64,000 bases of DNA from Diplonema japonicum (taxonomy: Eukaryota; Protista; Euglenozoa: Diplonemea), in contig OZ025655.1 of NCBI GenBank assembly GCA_964019335.1, forward strand, positions 434,001 through 498,000, written 5' to 3'. Each line of letters starts with the position of its first letter. Within the stretch, counting starts at the first letter, position 1. Positions 43,790 through 55,848 of the stretch are shown piece after piece. Both the position numbers and the translations under genes were made by a program. Under the pieces are notes generated by a model. The model was not told where the DNA came from, did not search any database, and saw only the letters and a list, made by a program, of their open reading frames with translations.

Positions 43790-44260
43790 CTAAAGCGACA
43801 TTGTGCGGTTATTCTTCTTATGCTTCAAAGTAGTTCTGGAAGGTGCATGGTGGATAGCCTTGGGCGACCGGGTGTTGAGCCTTACTAGTCTGTGGTCCAA
43901 GTCGTTCAACCCAAGGGGCTTGCGGTCCCTAAATGAAGCTGACATGTGGGAAGACCCTCGGGACAAATCTTGTAGCGATTCACTGAGGGCTCCTGTAGAG
44001 GTTTCGAGGATAGTGATCCCAGAAAGTGTTTTCGAAACACACAGTCCTTCTCTTTGCGTCTCTTGCAGCCCGCCGCTGGTGGTTTTCTTCACCGGATTCT
44101 GGTTGTCCCTAGGCCGCTCCTTCCCTTTCTCTGGCAGCAGCGGCGCTTCCATGTGCCCTTTCTGCGCGCGCCGACAGCTCTCGCCCAAATTGTGCGTTTT
44201 CTTTACATTCCGTAGTTCTTCCGCTTTCTCTTCCTCCGGTACCGTGAAGCAACAGCCCAT
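43790..44260 (-). CDS. Hypothetical 156-aa protein with N-terminal MGCC dual-acylation motif
   Basis: MGCCFT start preceded by an A-run; coding-like composition. Confidence 0.65.
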   Translation of the reverse strand: MGCCFTVPEEEKAEELRNVKKTHNLGESCRRAQKGHMEAPLLPEKGKERPRDNQNPVKKTTSGGLQETQREGLCVSKTLSGITILETSTGALSESLQDLSRGSSHMSASFRDRKPLGLNDLDHRLVRLNTRSPKAIHHAPSRTTLKHKKNNRTMSL

Positions 44261-44294
44261 CTTTTTTTTTTTTTTTTATCTTATTTTTTTTATG

Positions 44295-44327
<33 letters not shown>

Positions 44328-44599
44328 CCCTTGCAGGAATAATAATTTAAGAAAAAAAAAAAAAAAGAATACAGGCCGCACACTTTCTTTTCTTCCCCTT
44401 CCTTTTTTTTCTTTCTTTTTTTTTTTGTTGTGTTGCCTTTTCTTTTTTGGGAAGGGGAGGAGGAAAAAAAAGTAGGAGGAAAAAAAAAAAAAAAAGGAAC
44501 ACGGCCTTCGAAATTTATACCATTTGAGGGGGACGAGGATCTGGGGAGAGACGAAGGAAAATAAAACAGAATGGGAGAGGGGACATACGAGGGACAAAT

Positions 44600-44637
<38 letters not shown>

Positions 44638-44888
44638 CTCTTAGACAAATTGAAAATCTAAATGAACGAAAAAAAAAGGGGGTAGGTGGGTAATGCGCAG
44701 TGGGGAACAGTAATACAGGAGATAAAAAAAAAAAAAAAAAAAAAAAAAACCACACACAAAGATGAAAGGGAAACAAAACAAAACAAAAAATGAAAAAAAA
44801 AAAAAAAAAAACCATTTCTCAATGGCATTGAATCTTCTAAAAAGACCCAATATACAAAAAAAAGGGGGGACAGGGGGGACAATTGCAA

Positions 44889-47800
44889 TCAAGAATCTTC
44901 TGCAAAAACACTGCTCATGTGACTTGTAGGTGTGTAAAGCCTCTTGATAGTCTCGGTCCACTCTGTCTGGGTCATCGTAGGTGCTGGCTTTGTGGGGTTC
45001 AGGAATTTGGGAGATTGTTGCGCTTCAAGAGCTTTGTAATGTAGCCTCTCTGTGATGTCCATTTGATCTTGCATTGTGGTCTTATGTTTGTGCAGGGAAG
45101 ACTGGGCGAACTCCACTTGTTGTTTTTGTATCGCCAGCTCGATTGCCTGTTTTGAATCTTCCTTTGCCTTGTAGTACATTCTCTCTATGTGCTCTTCTTG
45201 TTCTGACTCTTTGAGCCTCTTCCCTCTGTGCTCCTCCACCACCTCATCCTTCTTCATGGCCCTTCTCATTGGGGTGTAGTACAGCCTGTCCGTCGCGAGC
45301 CGCATCTCTTCCATCGTCATCCGTTTTGCAGCGTTCTCTGCCTGCTCCCTGGCCCTCAGTTGATCTGCGGTGAACTGTCGTTTCGTCACCCTTGTTGTCA
45401 GTCTGCTGATTACCTTGGAAAGAAAGGTTTGTGTTGTCGCGTTGTGCATACCACATCGAGCTCTTCTTGTGTTTGCTTTTTCTTTTTCCTCTTCGGCTCT
45501 TTTGGTGGTTTTGGGGACGCCTTTGACGCCTTCAGCGTCGCCCGCTTCTCTGCCCTCGACGCGGTCCGCAGCTCTGCTTTAGACGACGATCTCGAAACAG
45601 GCCGTGTTGTCCTTGATGCGGTGCGCACCCTCAGGGGCGACGCCCGCTCCGCCCACGTCGGGTTCACCATCCCCACCCTTGAGAAGTTCAGCAGCATCGT
45701 ACCTGATTTAAATATTGAAGTGTTTGTGTTTTGCATACCTTGCGGAACGCCACTGCGTGGCTTGTACCTTGCTGCCGGCGATGTGTTCGAGGAGGTCGAC
45801 GAGGGGGGCGTGGGCAGTGCGATAGGCTCCTGCGCCACACCTCCAGTCACGACCAGCTGGAACAACGGTGTTGCCATCGGCTGCCGTGGCACTGTGCTCA
45901 GGTGTTCCGTGGACAGTGCGTCCAAGGCATTCCCACCAGATTGCAGCACAGCCACGCCATGGCCCAGACGAGACACTAGAGGACGAGAGCTCCAGCACTT
46001 TATCTTTCGCCAAAACCAGGACTCAAGGTGCAGTTGAAACACTGAGTGCAGAGGAGTGCCAGTGTTGCCCCAGCCCCCCACCACAAGCAAAGAGGCACCA
46101 CTTGGGTCCATCACTGTAGAGTGGCCATAGCGGCCAGAGGGACGGTGCCCGTTTGTGCGTCGCTTCGACCAAGTCCGTGTCCCAAGGTCGAACACGTAGA
46201 CGTCGTTGAGTGCAGTGATGCTGCTGTCTACATTGTGGTGCACAGGTGCCTTTTTCCCACTTGCCGCAGGCTTTGCAGTAGACAGCAAGTCGTCTTCGTC
46301 TTCGTCTTCCAGAGACTGCGTGTTTCCCAGTGAAGACGGCGGCCCAGCAGGCCCGAGCTCTTCCGAGCATCCTCCAAACAGCACAAGCTCAACACCGTGT
46401 TTGGTGATCGTGTGCGAGCACCTTGCGGCAGGTACATCGCCCTTCTGCTTGATCTTCTTCCACCGTTGCTCTTCAAGATTTAAGTAGCACATGTCGTTCC
46501 TGCGGTGTTCAATAACTCTGTATGTCTTGTGGTCTGACCGTGACGTCTCTTGCACAAGGACCTTCCACCCACCCCACACGATCATCTTGTGGTTCACCAC
46601 GGTGGCCGAGTGCCCGATCCTGTAGTCGAGAGCGCTACCTTCGGTGGCAAGTTCATCCCATTCAAGGGTCGCGGGATCATAAGCCCATGTTGACATGTGG
46701 TAGCCCTGCTTCTTGGGGGCATCAGTACTGTCATCGTCCAGCAGGGATCCCTTCTCGCGCAGCCCAACCAGTCTTCTGTCGAAACCCCCAGGACCAAACC
46801 CTCCGAAGAGGTACACCCGACCTTTGTAGACAACAGTGCTGTGTCCGTGACGCAGCGGGGCTTGCTTGGCAGCAGGCTTCCACTGTCTTGTTGTCGTATC
46901 GTACTGCAGCACGTTCTTTTGGTATGAGTGGTTGCTGAAGAGCCCACCGAAGGAGTACACCTTGCCTTTGACTTTTGCTACAGTGATGCCTTCCGCCTGT
47001 GTAACGGGACCGTTGACGGCGTGGACGTACGACACGCAGTACTTTGCGTCCTCAACGTCCTCCCCCACTTCGGAGACTTCGCTGTTTGTTTCTGGCTGCA
47101 GCTGCGGTGCGTCGTACGGAGAAAGGTTCCACGACAGGTGCACGGCACCGAGGCCTCTGTTCCGCTGGCGTATGCTGTCGTCGTCTTCGCTGTTGTTGCG
47201 TGCACGGAGGATGAGCCACTCGTCGCCGCGTCCGACGGGCACTTGACACTCTCCCAAGAACAGCCCTCTGTAGTTGAAGACCTGAATCCTCACCCCGTGT
47301 GCCTGTGGGAAACTGAACGCTTCGTTCCACGTGCTGTCGTACGTTATCCTCGTCGACCACAGCGTGCTGCTGTTGTCACAAAGAACTGCGTAGCACTTCT
47401 GCGTGTTGTCAGCAAGACTCTTCGCTTCCATCACTGTCACCCAGTTCCTCTTCTCCACGCCCTCTCGGAAAAGTCCTTCATCAGTTAAAAGCACAGCTTC
47501 ACACTTCTCAGTCGCAGCGATAACATCACCAGGCACAGCGCTATGTATGTCATTGGCAAAGCCTACCGTCGTGTTCAGTTCCAAGGCCACGTTGGGTGTG
47601 ACGCCCAACACAGGTGACTCAACCACGTGTTGCCATTTGTTGTCGCTGTTAAGCACAAATGAAGCCTTCTTGCACTGCAGCGTGGTGTCCTGCCACTTGC
47701 AACGTATGCTAACGCTCCCGCACTGCACCATAACACCGCGGTCGCTCTTTTTGTAAAACATCAATTTATCACACGCTGTCGCAGTGAGAGGGACACTTCC

Positions 47801-50800
47801 CTGACACAACAGCTGGGTACCTTCCCATATTGAGGCATAGAGCATGGTGTCGCTCCCATGCAGAGTAGTGAAGTCAATAGGGTTGTTGTCGCAGGGGGCC
47901 TCTTGGTTCGAGGGATTATGGTCAGCGTGTCTGGTCTGCAGTTTCGAGGTAAAGATCGTGTGCCCACTCCTCCCCGACACGGAGTACTTCACTTTAAGTG
48001 ACCTTGTAGAAGGGAGGTCCCATCCCACAGGGCTCACCATGACACTCAGCGGAAGGTTCTCCAACACTGTCCACTCTACAGCGACGGTCCCCAGAGTCCC
48101 GTTGTTGAACCGCCGCCGCCTCTCGTCGCCAGACACATCTGACCGCGGCTGTAGCTCAACCTTGGTTTTCCCTCCCACGCTGTGATCGATCTTAACGGTG
48201 CCTGACCCTACGAACACATCTTTGTCAAAGACAGCAACAAGATACGTCGAAGAAGGCGTAGTCGTGTCCAGCACTTCCATAGCGCTGTTCCACGTGGGGG
48301 ATGTGCCGTTTCCTATTTCGGTGCGCATGTGAGAAACACGGTCACTGGCCGGTCCCTGACATATAGGGAAGTCAAGATCTTCAGGTAACACCACACTAGG
48401 GTAGCTGTATCCGTTTCTGCACTGGTAAACAACAGCATGCGGCGTGCATTGGTCCGTGAAGTCGCCTGATGTCAGGTTCTCCGCCCCTGTGACCCGTAGG
48501 TATACAGACTTCACGGGGACAGGGGCTACCTGTGGCCGTGCTGAGTGCGGGCAGTCAAACTTGATCAGCACTGTTCCCTCAGCAGTTTGCTTCCCTGTGC
48601 GCCGCAGGGCCACCCGTCGGAACTCGGTCGACGCGCCCAGAGAAACAGTGCATGCAGCGACCTTGCCTGTGGTCGACATGACGGTACAGGTGCCTTTAAA
48701 ATTTCTCGCAGCTTGGGGTTCGATATGGAACTTTGCGTCTTGTTGCCAGAACGACGCGCCTCCCTCGCTGTGGGGCATTTTTTCCGTTGCGAAGGTTTGA
48801 CCGGCAGCTTCGACAACCACCCAGATAAGCTCATTGAGAGGGAGGTTCTTGAAGCCTTGCACTTCTGCGATATTGACATCAATGGCGAGGGGCTTGCTGT
48901 GCGTGGGCACTGCGGCAGGCTGCTGGTCGGCGGGCTCGACAGAGCAGCTGAGCTGGATTTCGCCCAGAGTGCCGTACTTGTTGAGGAGTTTGAGATCGTC
49001 AGTGAAGCCCTTTCGGGTACTGAGGGGCGCAGAGCGCCACTCAACGACGCAGCCCTCAAAGGCCTCGAACGACACCTCGCCTAGGAACCCATCACCCACT
49101 GTGCACAGGGCATCGTTGAACAGCTGTACCTTTACCTCGCTCAACTCGTTGGTCAAAGGGACATCAACCTCGTAACCCCAAGTCGGAGACAAACCCTTGA
49201 TCACCGACGACTTCCCCACAATGCTGCCGTTAACCATAACCTTTGCCTGAGCCTTGCAATTGTGCTCACCGACGTTTAATGGTGCGAGGTTCGTAGCTGC
49301 CTCGACATTCATTCGCATCGACAGCGGTTGCGCTGCTTTCGTGCTTCTTCTTTGCCGCTTCTCTTCCTCTTTCGCGGTATGGTCTTTTACGTGCCGCCAT
49401 CCAACTGTTATTGTGCCTAAGTCGCCACCAGCACGGTGCCACAGTTCCATTCCTTTGCTGTCGTCCACCTTTGGTAGAAAGTGCATTGTCGCTTCACCTT
49501 CTATGTCACAGGCGCTGATCTCTGCCACGCCCATCACCACGTCGTCCGAGGAACATTCGACCACTGCACAGGTGCCTATGCGGTCAACGCTGCAAGCGAC
49601 CTCATGGTTCCAAATGGGGTTCTTGGAAAAATTGACCTTCGGTAGAGTGTGAACTTTGCCACCCAGACGCACAGTAAGTGCCGGGCTAGGGATAGTGGGG
49701 ATGGCTGGCAGGTTTACACATCTCTCAATCGTGAAGAGTAACGCGTGAGGTGTGTTGAGGGGTTGTTTCTCGATCATTGGCTGCAGGAAGACGACACCCA
49801 CCTTAGCCCCTGAAGCAGTCACGTCGCACCAGACGCCGTTAGCCTGGCTCCTCAAAAACGCATCTTCTATGACGCAGGTACCAAGCACTCTACGTGATGT
49901 GCTGAGCATGATGTTGATCTTGTTGCTGGAGTCAAGCGAGGTACTTACATTTTTGCACAACAACAGCCTGCCGTCAACCGCTGCTTGCTGGCATTGGATC
50001 TTGTTGTTCACAGAGACAATAACCTCTTCCTGCAGCGACTCTTTGAGCACAACTTGTTGCAAGTGGAACGAGTACTGATTTCTATCTACAAACTCCACAG
50101 GGAGAGCCGTAGAGGGAGATGGCGGCTGATGCGACAACACTGTCTGCCGCACAGGTGTCGGGGACACAGGCTCTTCCGCCACTTTTGGCATGGCTCGCAT
50201 CTCGGCCCGCACCTCATCGGCACGTCGTTTCTTTTCCTCCATTTGCTTCTCGAGCTCTGCCCGCTCTTTTTCCCTTTGTTCACGCTTCTGCTCTTCCTCG
50301 CGCCTTAGCTTCTCTTTTTCTTCTTCTTTCTGACGCTTTGCTTCTTCCTGTTTTTCCTCCTCTTCACGCTTCTGCTTTTCCTCTTCTTCACGCTTCAGCC
50401 TTTCTTTCTGTTCACGCTCCTCTTCTTCACGCCTCTGCTTCTCCGCGTCTTCTCGCTCTTGTTCCTCGCGTTGCTTCCTTTCTTCCTCCTCACGTTCAAG
50501 TCTAGCTTGCTCATGATGCTCGGCCTCTGCAAGGTTGCGCATTTCTTCCTCAGCTGCTTCTTGTAAATCTTTGTCGGGCACCGACATGAGCAGTTCGCAC
50601 TCGGGCACCAGACTTTGTTCTTCTTCAAGATCCATCTGGCCACGACAGAGCAATGTGCCAGCTGTCCAAAGCTCCAGTCTGAGAATTTCGTCAGTGGCCT
50701 GGTTGAACTTAAAGGCTTGATCGAATGAAGCACCGCTGCCGTCATGGGTTGCCTCGACTGTGACTTGGCAGTTAGTGGCGTTGAAGTACTCCTCTTCACC

Positions 50801-51901
50801 GAACCACGCCTTAATGACCACGGCTTTGCCCTTGCAGTCTGCGAGGCCTTCAATACTGGACACGGTGATGGTTAGTGGTTCTGCTGAGAAGCTCTTTTCC
50901 CAACCAACAACTGCTTTGACACCGTCCATATTCTCGGCTTCTTCTTCCAGTGCCAGCTGCCGCTCTCGTGCGACTTTTTCTTCCCTAGCTATCCGTACCT
51001 CTTGCTCCTTCTTAGCTTCTTCCTCCAAAAGTCTTTGTTCTTCCCTCTTGGCTTCTTCTTTCGCCTGTTGTTCTAGTTCTCTCTTGGCTTCCTCTTCCTT
51101 TGATTTCTCCTCCAGTTCTTTCCGTTCTGCTTCTTCGTTTTCTTCTCGCTCTTTCTCTCTTGCTTGCCTCGCCCGTTCTTCCTCCTCCTGTTGGACCCTT
51201 GCCGTTTCCTCTTCTTCGTCTTCTTGCTCCTTCCTTTCAGCTTCTTCTGTTTCTTTTGCCATCTGTTCCCGTTCTTGCTCCTCTTCTGCTAGTGTGGTTG
51301 CGTGTTCCTCTTCTGCTTCCGCTTCCTCTTCAGCTTCTTCTCTTTCTTCTTCCTCTTTTTCTTCCTCTTTTTCTTCTTCAATTTCCTCCTCTTTTGGTTC
51401 TTGTTCTCCTTGTGTTGGTGCTTCCTCTTGTTCTTTCTTAATGGTCTGCAGTGGAGGAGGGTCAGAGAGGGTTGTGAGGGGGAGGACGTATTCTGAGACG
51501 GAGCTGGGGCGGTCCTCTAGGTCGAGGCGTCCCCTGCAGAGGAGCGTGGTTCCTGTGTGCAGTTCTATGCGAAGGATCTCATCAATGTCTGTAGAGAGTT
51601 GGAGCTGCTGGTCGAAGATGGCCGTATCCTTGTGAAGGGCTTCGTTGGTAGTGGTGGCGGTGTCTTCGGTGAAGCTTTCCTCTTCTCCAAACCACACTTT
51701 GAAGAACACATGGTGGCCCCTGAAGGACTCCAAACCTTCCACACGCAGTACTGTCAGCAGCAGCGGCTCCATCCCGCCACCTTTCTCCCACCTCATGAAT
51801 ACCTTCACACCAATACCATCGACACTCAACCGCTTTGCCGTCAGACTGTTCGGGTCTTCTTCCTCCGTCGAGTATGCCTCGAATTCTTCATCTTCAGACA
51901 T
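44889..51901 (-). CDS. Very large multi-C2-domain + Glu-rich coiled coil + Kelch beta-propeller protein; 1 intron near the 3' end
   Basis: Duplicated N-terminal C2-like unit (EPLxxTV..EGL...KxWFGEEE...DEILRxEL..GTLLCRG), further C2 motifs (NPIWNHE, SPTWGYE, SPTWNSA, STWNEAF, FLGE), Kelch repeats (RHGHSTVVYKGRVYLFGG, GRYGHS). 38-nt intron 45414-45451 joins the last exon VISRLTT...FAEDS*. Confidence 0.85.
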
Positions 51902-52193
51902 AAGGCTGTGGAAAGTGTTGAAACGGGAAACAAGGTGCGATAATAAACTCGAAGAAGAAAACAAAAACAAAAAAAAAAAAAAAAATGGGACTTTGGTTGC
52001 AACACTATTTGGCGTTAAGTGTGCAGCGTGGTGGGGGGTCTATCTTGTGTTGTTACCCTTCTGCGTCGCTGCATTTTTATCGGCAGATGGGGTGGGGATA
52101 CTTCGGGTAGGTTCGAGGTAGGTCGGCACGAACTTGTCGCTCCAGTTGTCTCTCCCCGGTTTTGGTAAAAAAAAAAAGTTATTTGACGATATT

Positions 52194-52535
52194 TCACAGC
52201 AGCATCTCCCTCAGTTTCTTAACGTTTGCGCCCTTCAATTCTTTTACCTTCGCGCCGTTGTCTATGAGAAGTATGGTGGGCAGTGCGTCTATCCCACATG
52301 ACTCGGCGTAGCCCTGTGCCTTGTCCACATCGACTGTGAAGAAATAAACGTTTTGATTAGTAGAGACTGCGGCGATCCTCTCGTACTCCTCGTTTAGGAC
52401 CTCGCATGCTGCGGCCCATTCCACGCTGAAATTAACCACGATCCTGCTGGATGGTGCACCGAGGATGAACTCCTTCAGTGCATGTGTCGCTTCGCTTGTC
52501 TCGATCAAGTGTACCTCACCTGGCCGCCATGGCAT
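52194..52535 (-). CDS. Atypical thioredoxin-fold protein (WAAAC, monocysteinic; PICOT/Grx3 Trx-domain-like)
   Basis: IVVNFSVEWAAAC, FFTVDVD, GIDALPTILL, ELKGAN. Confidence 0.85.
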   Translation of the reverse strand: MPWRPGEVHLIETSEATHALKEFILGAPSSRIVVNFSVEWAAACEVLNEEYERIAAVSTNQNVYFFTVDVDKAQGYAESCGIDALPTILLIDNGAKVKELKGANVKKLREMLL

Positions 52536-52633
52536 GTGTAATGGTATCGAGACCCCTTTTCTCTTATTTTATTCTCCGGACGTGAAAAAAAAAAAAAAAA
52601 AAAATTGTATATCTACTTTAGCTACAGTATCAT

Positions 52634-53056
52634 CTATTTAAAAGGCAGCCTTCCTGGTGTGTACAAAGCTGTCCGGGTTGGGTGTCGTGAGGGGATGTCT
52701 AGGGATATAAGATTAACTTTTTTCGGTTTTGGTTTTTGCCGGGGCCGACGTTGTCTGTTTGGGTGGATCGTGGTCAAAGGGGCTGGTGTGGGTGATGGTG
52801 TGCCTATGCTTCTGCCTGTGGCCTCCTCGTTTACAATTGTCCAGCCTCCTAGCCAATCGTCAACATCTCTGGGTTGAAATAAAGAACTTTTGGGTGGTAG
52901 TTGTCGCTCTTCCAAGCTCTCAAAAGAATCTGAACTCTCGACCGCACACAGTTCCCCTACATCTTCGTCTCCCTTCTTCTCCGGGCTTAAACTTGTCAGC
53001 TCCACTCCCTCTTGGAACAACTCCATCATCCGTCTTACTTCTCTTTCATGCTCCAT
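52634..53056 (-). CDS. Hypothetical protein (~140 aa)
   Basis: ATG at 53056 (MEHEREVRR). The upstream part of the listed ORF is homopolymer. Confidence 0.55.
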   Translation of the reverse strand: MEHEREVRRMMELFQEGVELTSLSPEKKGDEDVGELCAVESSDSFESLEERQLPPKSSLFQPRDVDDWLGGWTIVNEEATGRSIGTPSPTPAPLTTIHPNRQRRPRQKPKPKKVNLISLDIPSRHPTRTALYTPGRLPFK

Positions 53057-53367
53057 TATCCCTTCTTTTTTTTTTTCTTTATTTTCTGTTTTCGGAATTG
53101 AAGGATGATATAAGAAGAAACGTGAAAATAAAACGAATGAAGGGGAAGGATTTAAAAAAAAAAAAACAAAAAAAAAAAGGACAATACTATTTTTTAAACA
53201 GGAGAGAGAGGGGGAGGGGGAAGAGGAGAATAAATATTTTAAGGGTGAACAAAAAAATTGTGTTTTTTTTTTTTTTAACAACTCGATCCAAACCCGACAA
53301 TGAAAATTGACAGGCAGGGAAGAAAAAAAGAAAGGTAAACGGAGGAACTTAAGGGGGTTGGGCCACT

Positions 53368-53830
53368 TCACTCTCCTTTATACCAAAGTGGCTTAGTTTG
53401 TGGGTACTTCCTGTGATCAGTCGGTATGGGGTGAGGATGAGGATGAGGATGAGGATGAGGGTGGGCATGAGGAAGAAGGATCGATGAGTGAGGAACAGGT
53501 AGGTCATCGAGGCCCAGTCCACCTTCCGTGTTCAATGTGTTCAGCGCATTGAGGACACCACTTGACGACAGAGCACCAGAAGACCCTTCCTTGTGCAGCC
53601 CTTCACTGGGCTCGGAAGGCACGGGCACCTTGTGTTCCTGTTGCTTCATACTCTTCTTCGTCTTTTTCTTGAGCTTAACCGGCGGGTCTGGAATCCCACC
53701 TGACAGGCATGGCAGGGACGAACCAATACTGTGCTTCTTTGCTGTCTGTTGACTGCCTTGCTGGACACTACTCTGCGAGGGCCCCGGTTGCCCTTCATGA
53801 ACAGGCTGGTCGTACGGCAGCTGAAACGAG

Positions 53831-53861
<31 letters not shown>

Positions 53862-55098
53862 CCTCACTGTAGGGAAACCCACACACGGGCAATGGCCGGG
53901 GGGTTTGAATTTTAAGGTTCGGAAGAGATTGTTCCTTTTTTTTTTTCTTCTGTTTTGTTTCCCCCAACATGTTACATACCTTATAACATTCTATTGTGCT
54001 GTTGCTCTCATTCCGTTTTGGAGCTTTCGGAGCAGGTTTCTCAGGCTGTTGCGAGGGTATGGAAGCCCACGCATGCTGCGGGGTAGAAGGTGTCTCGCCG
54101 TTATCCGTCTTTGTGTTTGACCGGGGACGGCGTTGCTTCTGCCTGCGGAGCCTCATGAGGTTGGCGGCGGCATCCTTCTCCATCACGATTTTCAGTTCTT
54201 CTTCGTACTTTTCAGCAAAGGCGCACTGCGCGAAGTAAGAAGACGAGAGGAGGTTTGTACAGGTACACCGGTGGCGGGGTTCGTTGGCCAAGCATGCTTT
54301 GAGAAGCTGGAGCCATTTAATATCGTTGACTTGACCGGCAAAACGTTTTTCCAAAGTGTCTAGCTCGACAGGCTTCGGGAGCTCAATCCCATGGTACAGA
54401 GGGTTCTTGTTGAAGATAAGACCCTGCCTGGTGGTGATACGGCCGAAGCATTTTATGATATGGAATAGTTGGTCGATATCCGATTCGCCGGGAAACAAAG
54501 GGATGCCGTTTGTGATCTCTGCAAAGATACACCCAATGGCCCACACATCGACGCCCTTTCCGTACTCTGTATCGCCAACAAGCAGCTCAGGTGATCGGTA
54601 CCAGCGGGTTGCAACATAGTCGGTGTACTGAGCACCTGGGCCGGAGAGGAGCCGAGCAAAGCCAAAATCACATAGTTTCAAAGCTCCGTGCTTTGAAATG
54701 AGAATATTTTCCGGTTTGATGTCTCTGTGGATGATGCCGTGCGCGTGGCAATATTCAACTCCACGTAATAGCTGGTAAGTGTATCGTTTTACGTCAGAGT
54801 CGTCAAGGCCGTAAGGGTGCTTCTCCAACAGTTCCAGAATGGTCTTCTCCACATATTCGAACACGAGGTACAGCTTCCCTTTGCGCCGGAAGACCTCCAG
54901 GAGGTTGATGATGTTGTCGTGTCGTAGCTGCTTGAGGACTCTTACCTCCCGCAGGCTGGTTTTCCTGACCTGTTCGTCGTCTTCTGACTCCTTGAATTTC
55001 TTGATCGCCACGATCTGCCCTGTTTCCTTGTGCCGTGCCTTTATCACCACCCCATAGGTCCCCTCTCCTATCGTTCCTAGGTTTTCGTAATTCTCCAT
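53368..55098 (-). CDS. ECK1: CDKL/MAPK-like kinase with TDY motif, similar to kinetoplastid ECK1/MPK6; long C-terminal extension with (HP)n; 2 in-frame introns
   Basis: GEGTYGVV, AIKKFKESEDDEQVRKTSLREVR, GKLYLVFEY, HRDIKPEN, LCDFGFAR, YTDYVATRWYR. Introns 53935-53979 and 53821-53886. The CDKL family call is secure; exact orthology is from recall. Confidence 0.85.
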
Positions 55099-55147
55099 TG
55101 GTTCATCCTATTTCCCGGGTTTCCCCTCCCCCTCCTTGTTGTGTGTG

Positions 55148-55185
<38 letters not shown>

Positions 55186-55325
55186 TGGGAGTAAAAATAA
55201 AAAAATAAAAAATCGGGGGAAAAAATACACCCATCAGATGGTTTCTATAATAAAAAAGAAATTCGGAAAAAAATCTATTGGGGGTGAGAGGGGGGGGGGG
55301 GGGGGGGGGTTGTTTTATATTTGTT

Positions 55326-55733
55326 TCAAGCTGTCTGGCCCTGCTTTGCGTCCCATGAGCCCAAGAGTTTCTTTCCTCTTTGTTTTTTCTTCGCTCTCAA
55401 TGCAGCGAGCTCTTCGCGTATCTTGTTTTCGTCGTCTTCGCTCAGTTTGATTTCAGCAGCACCTTGTTGCTCCAACATATTCCCATTTACCTTCTTTATG
55501 AAAATATTGACAGGTGAAACACACAAAAAAAAAACCTTTTTCACTCACAAAGTCTGCACATAAGGTACTACTCTATCATATTTCACTGTCCCCCGGTGGG
55601 AGATCATCCAGGCAAACACAGTCCACGTAGCAAATAGCAGGAACACGATGGGGTTAGGTTTGAAGGAGCGTTCCTTCGGCGGTGGCACACCCCAGGGCGG
55701 AGACAGGTTTGGGTCCGACTCCACTGGCGCCAT
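55326..55733 (-). CDS. Small single-TM protein; gene model uncertain (in-frame TGA at 55545-55547 between two coding-like segments)
   Basis: 62-aa ORF with TM IVFLLFATWTVFAWMI, followed in the same frame by an intron-like T-run and the coding-like VNGNMLEQQ...KQGQTA*. Confidence 0.55.
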
Positions 55734-55848
55734 TTTTAAATATTTTTTTTCTCCTTTTTTATCCCCCTTTTTTTTTTCTTTTTTTTGCTAAACTACATTT
55801 TTCGAAGGGGGAAAAGAAAAAAGAAGAGAGAAGACATGAAAATAGCTT

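Noticed and set aside
52085-52160. tRNA (GGTTCGA)
   Set aside because: No T-stem, acceptor stem or cloverleaf around the motif.
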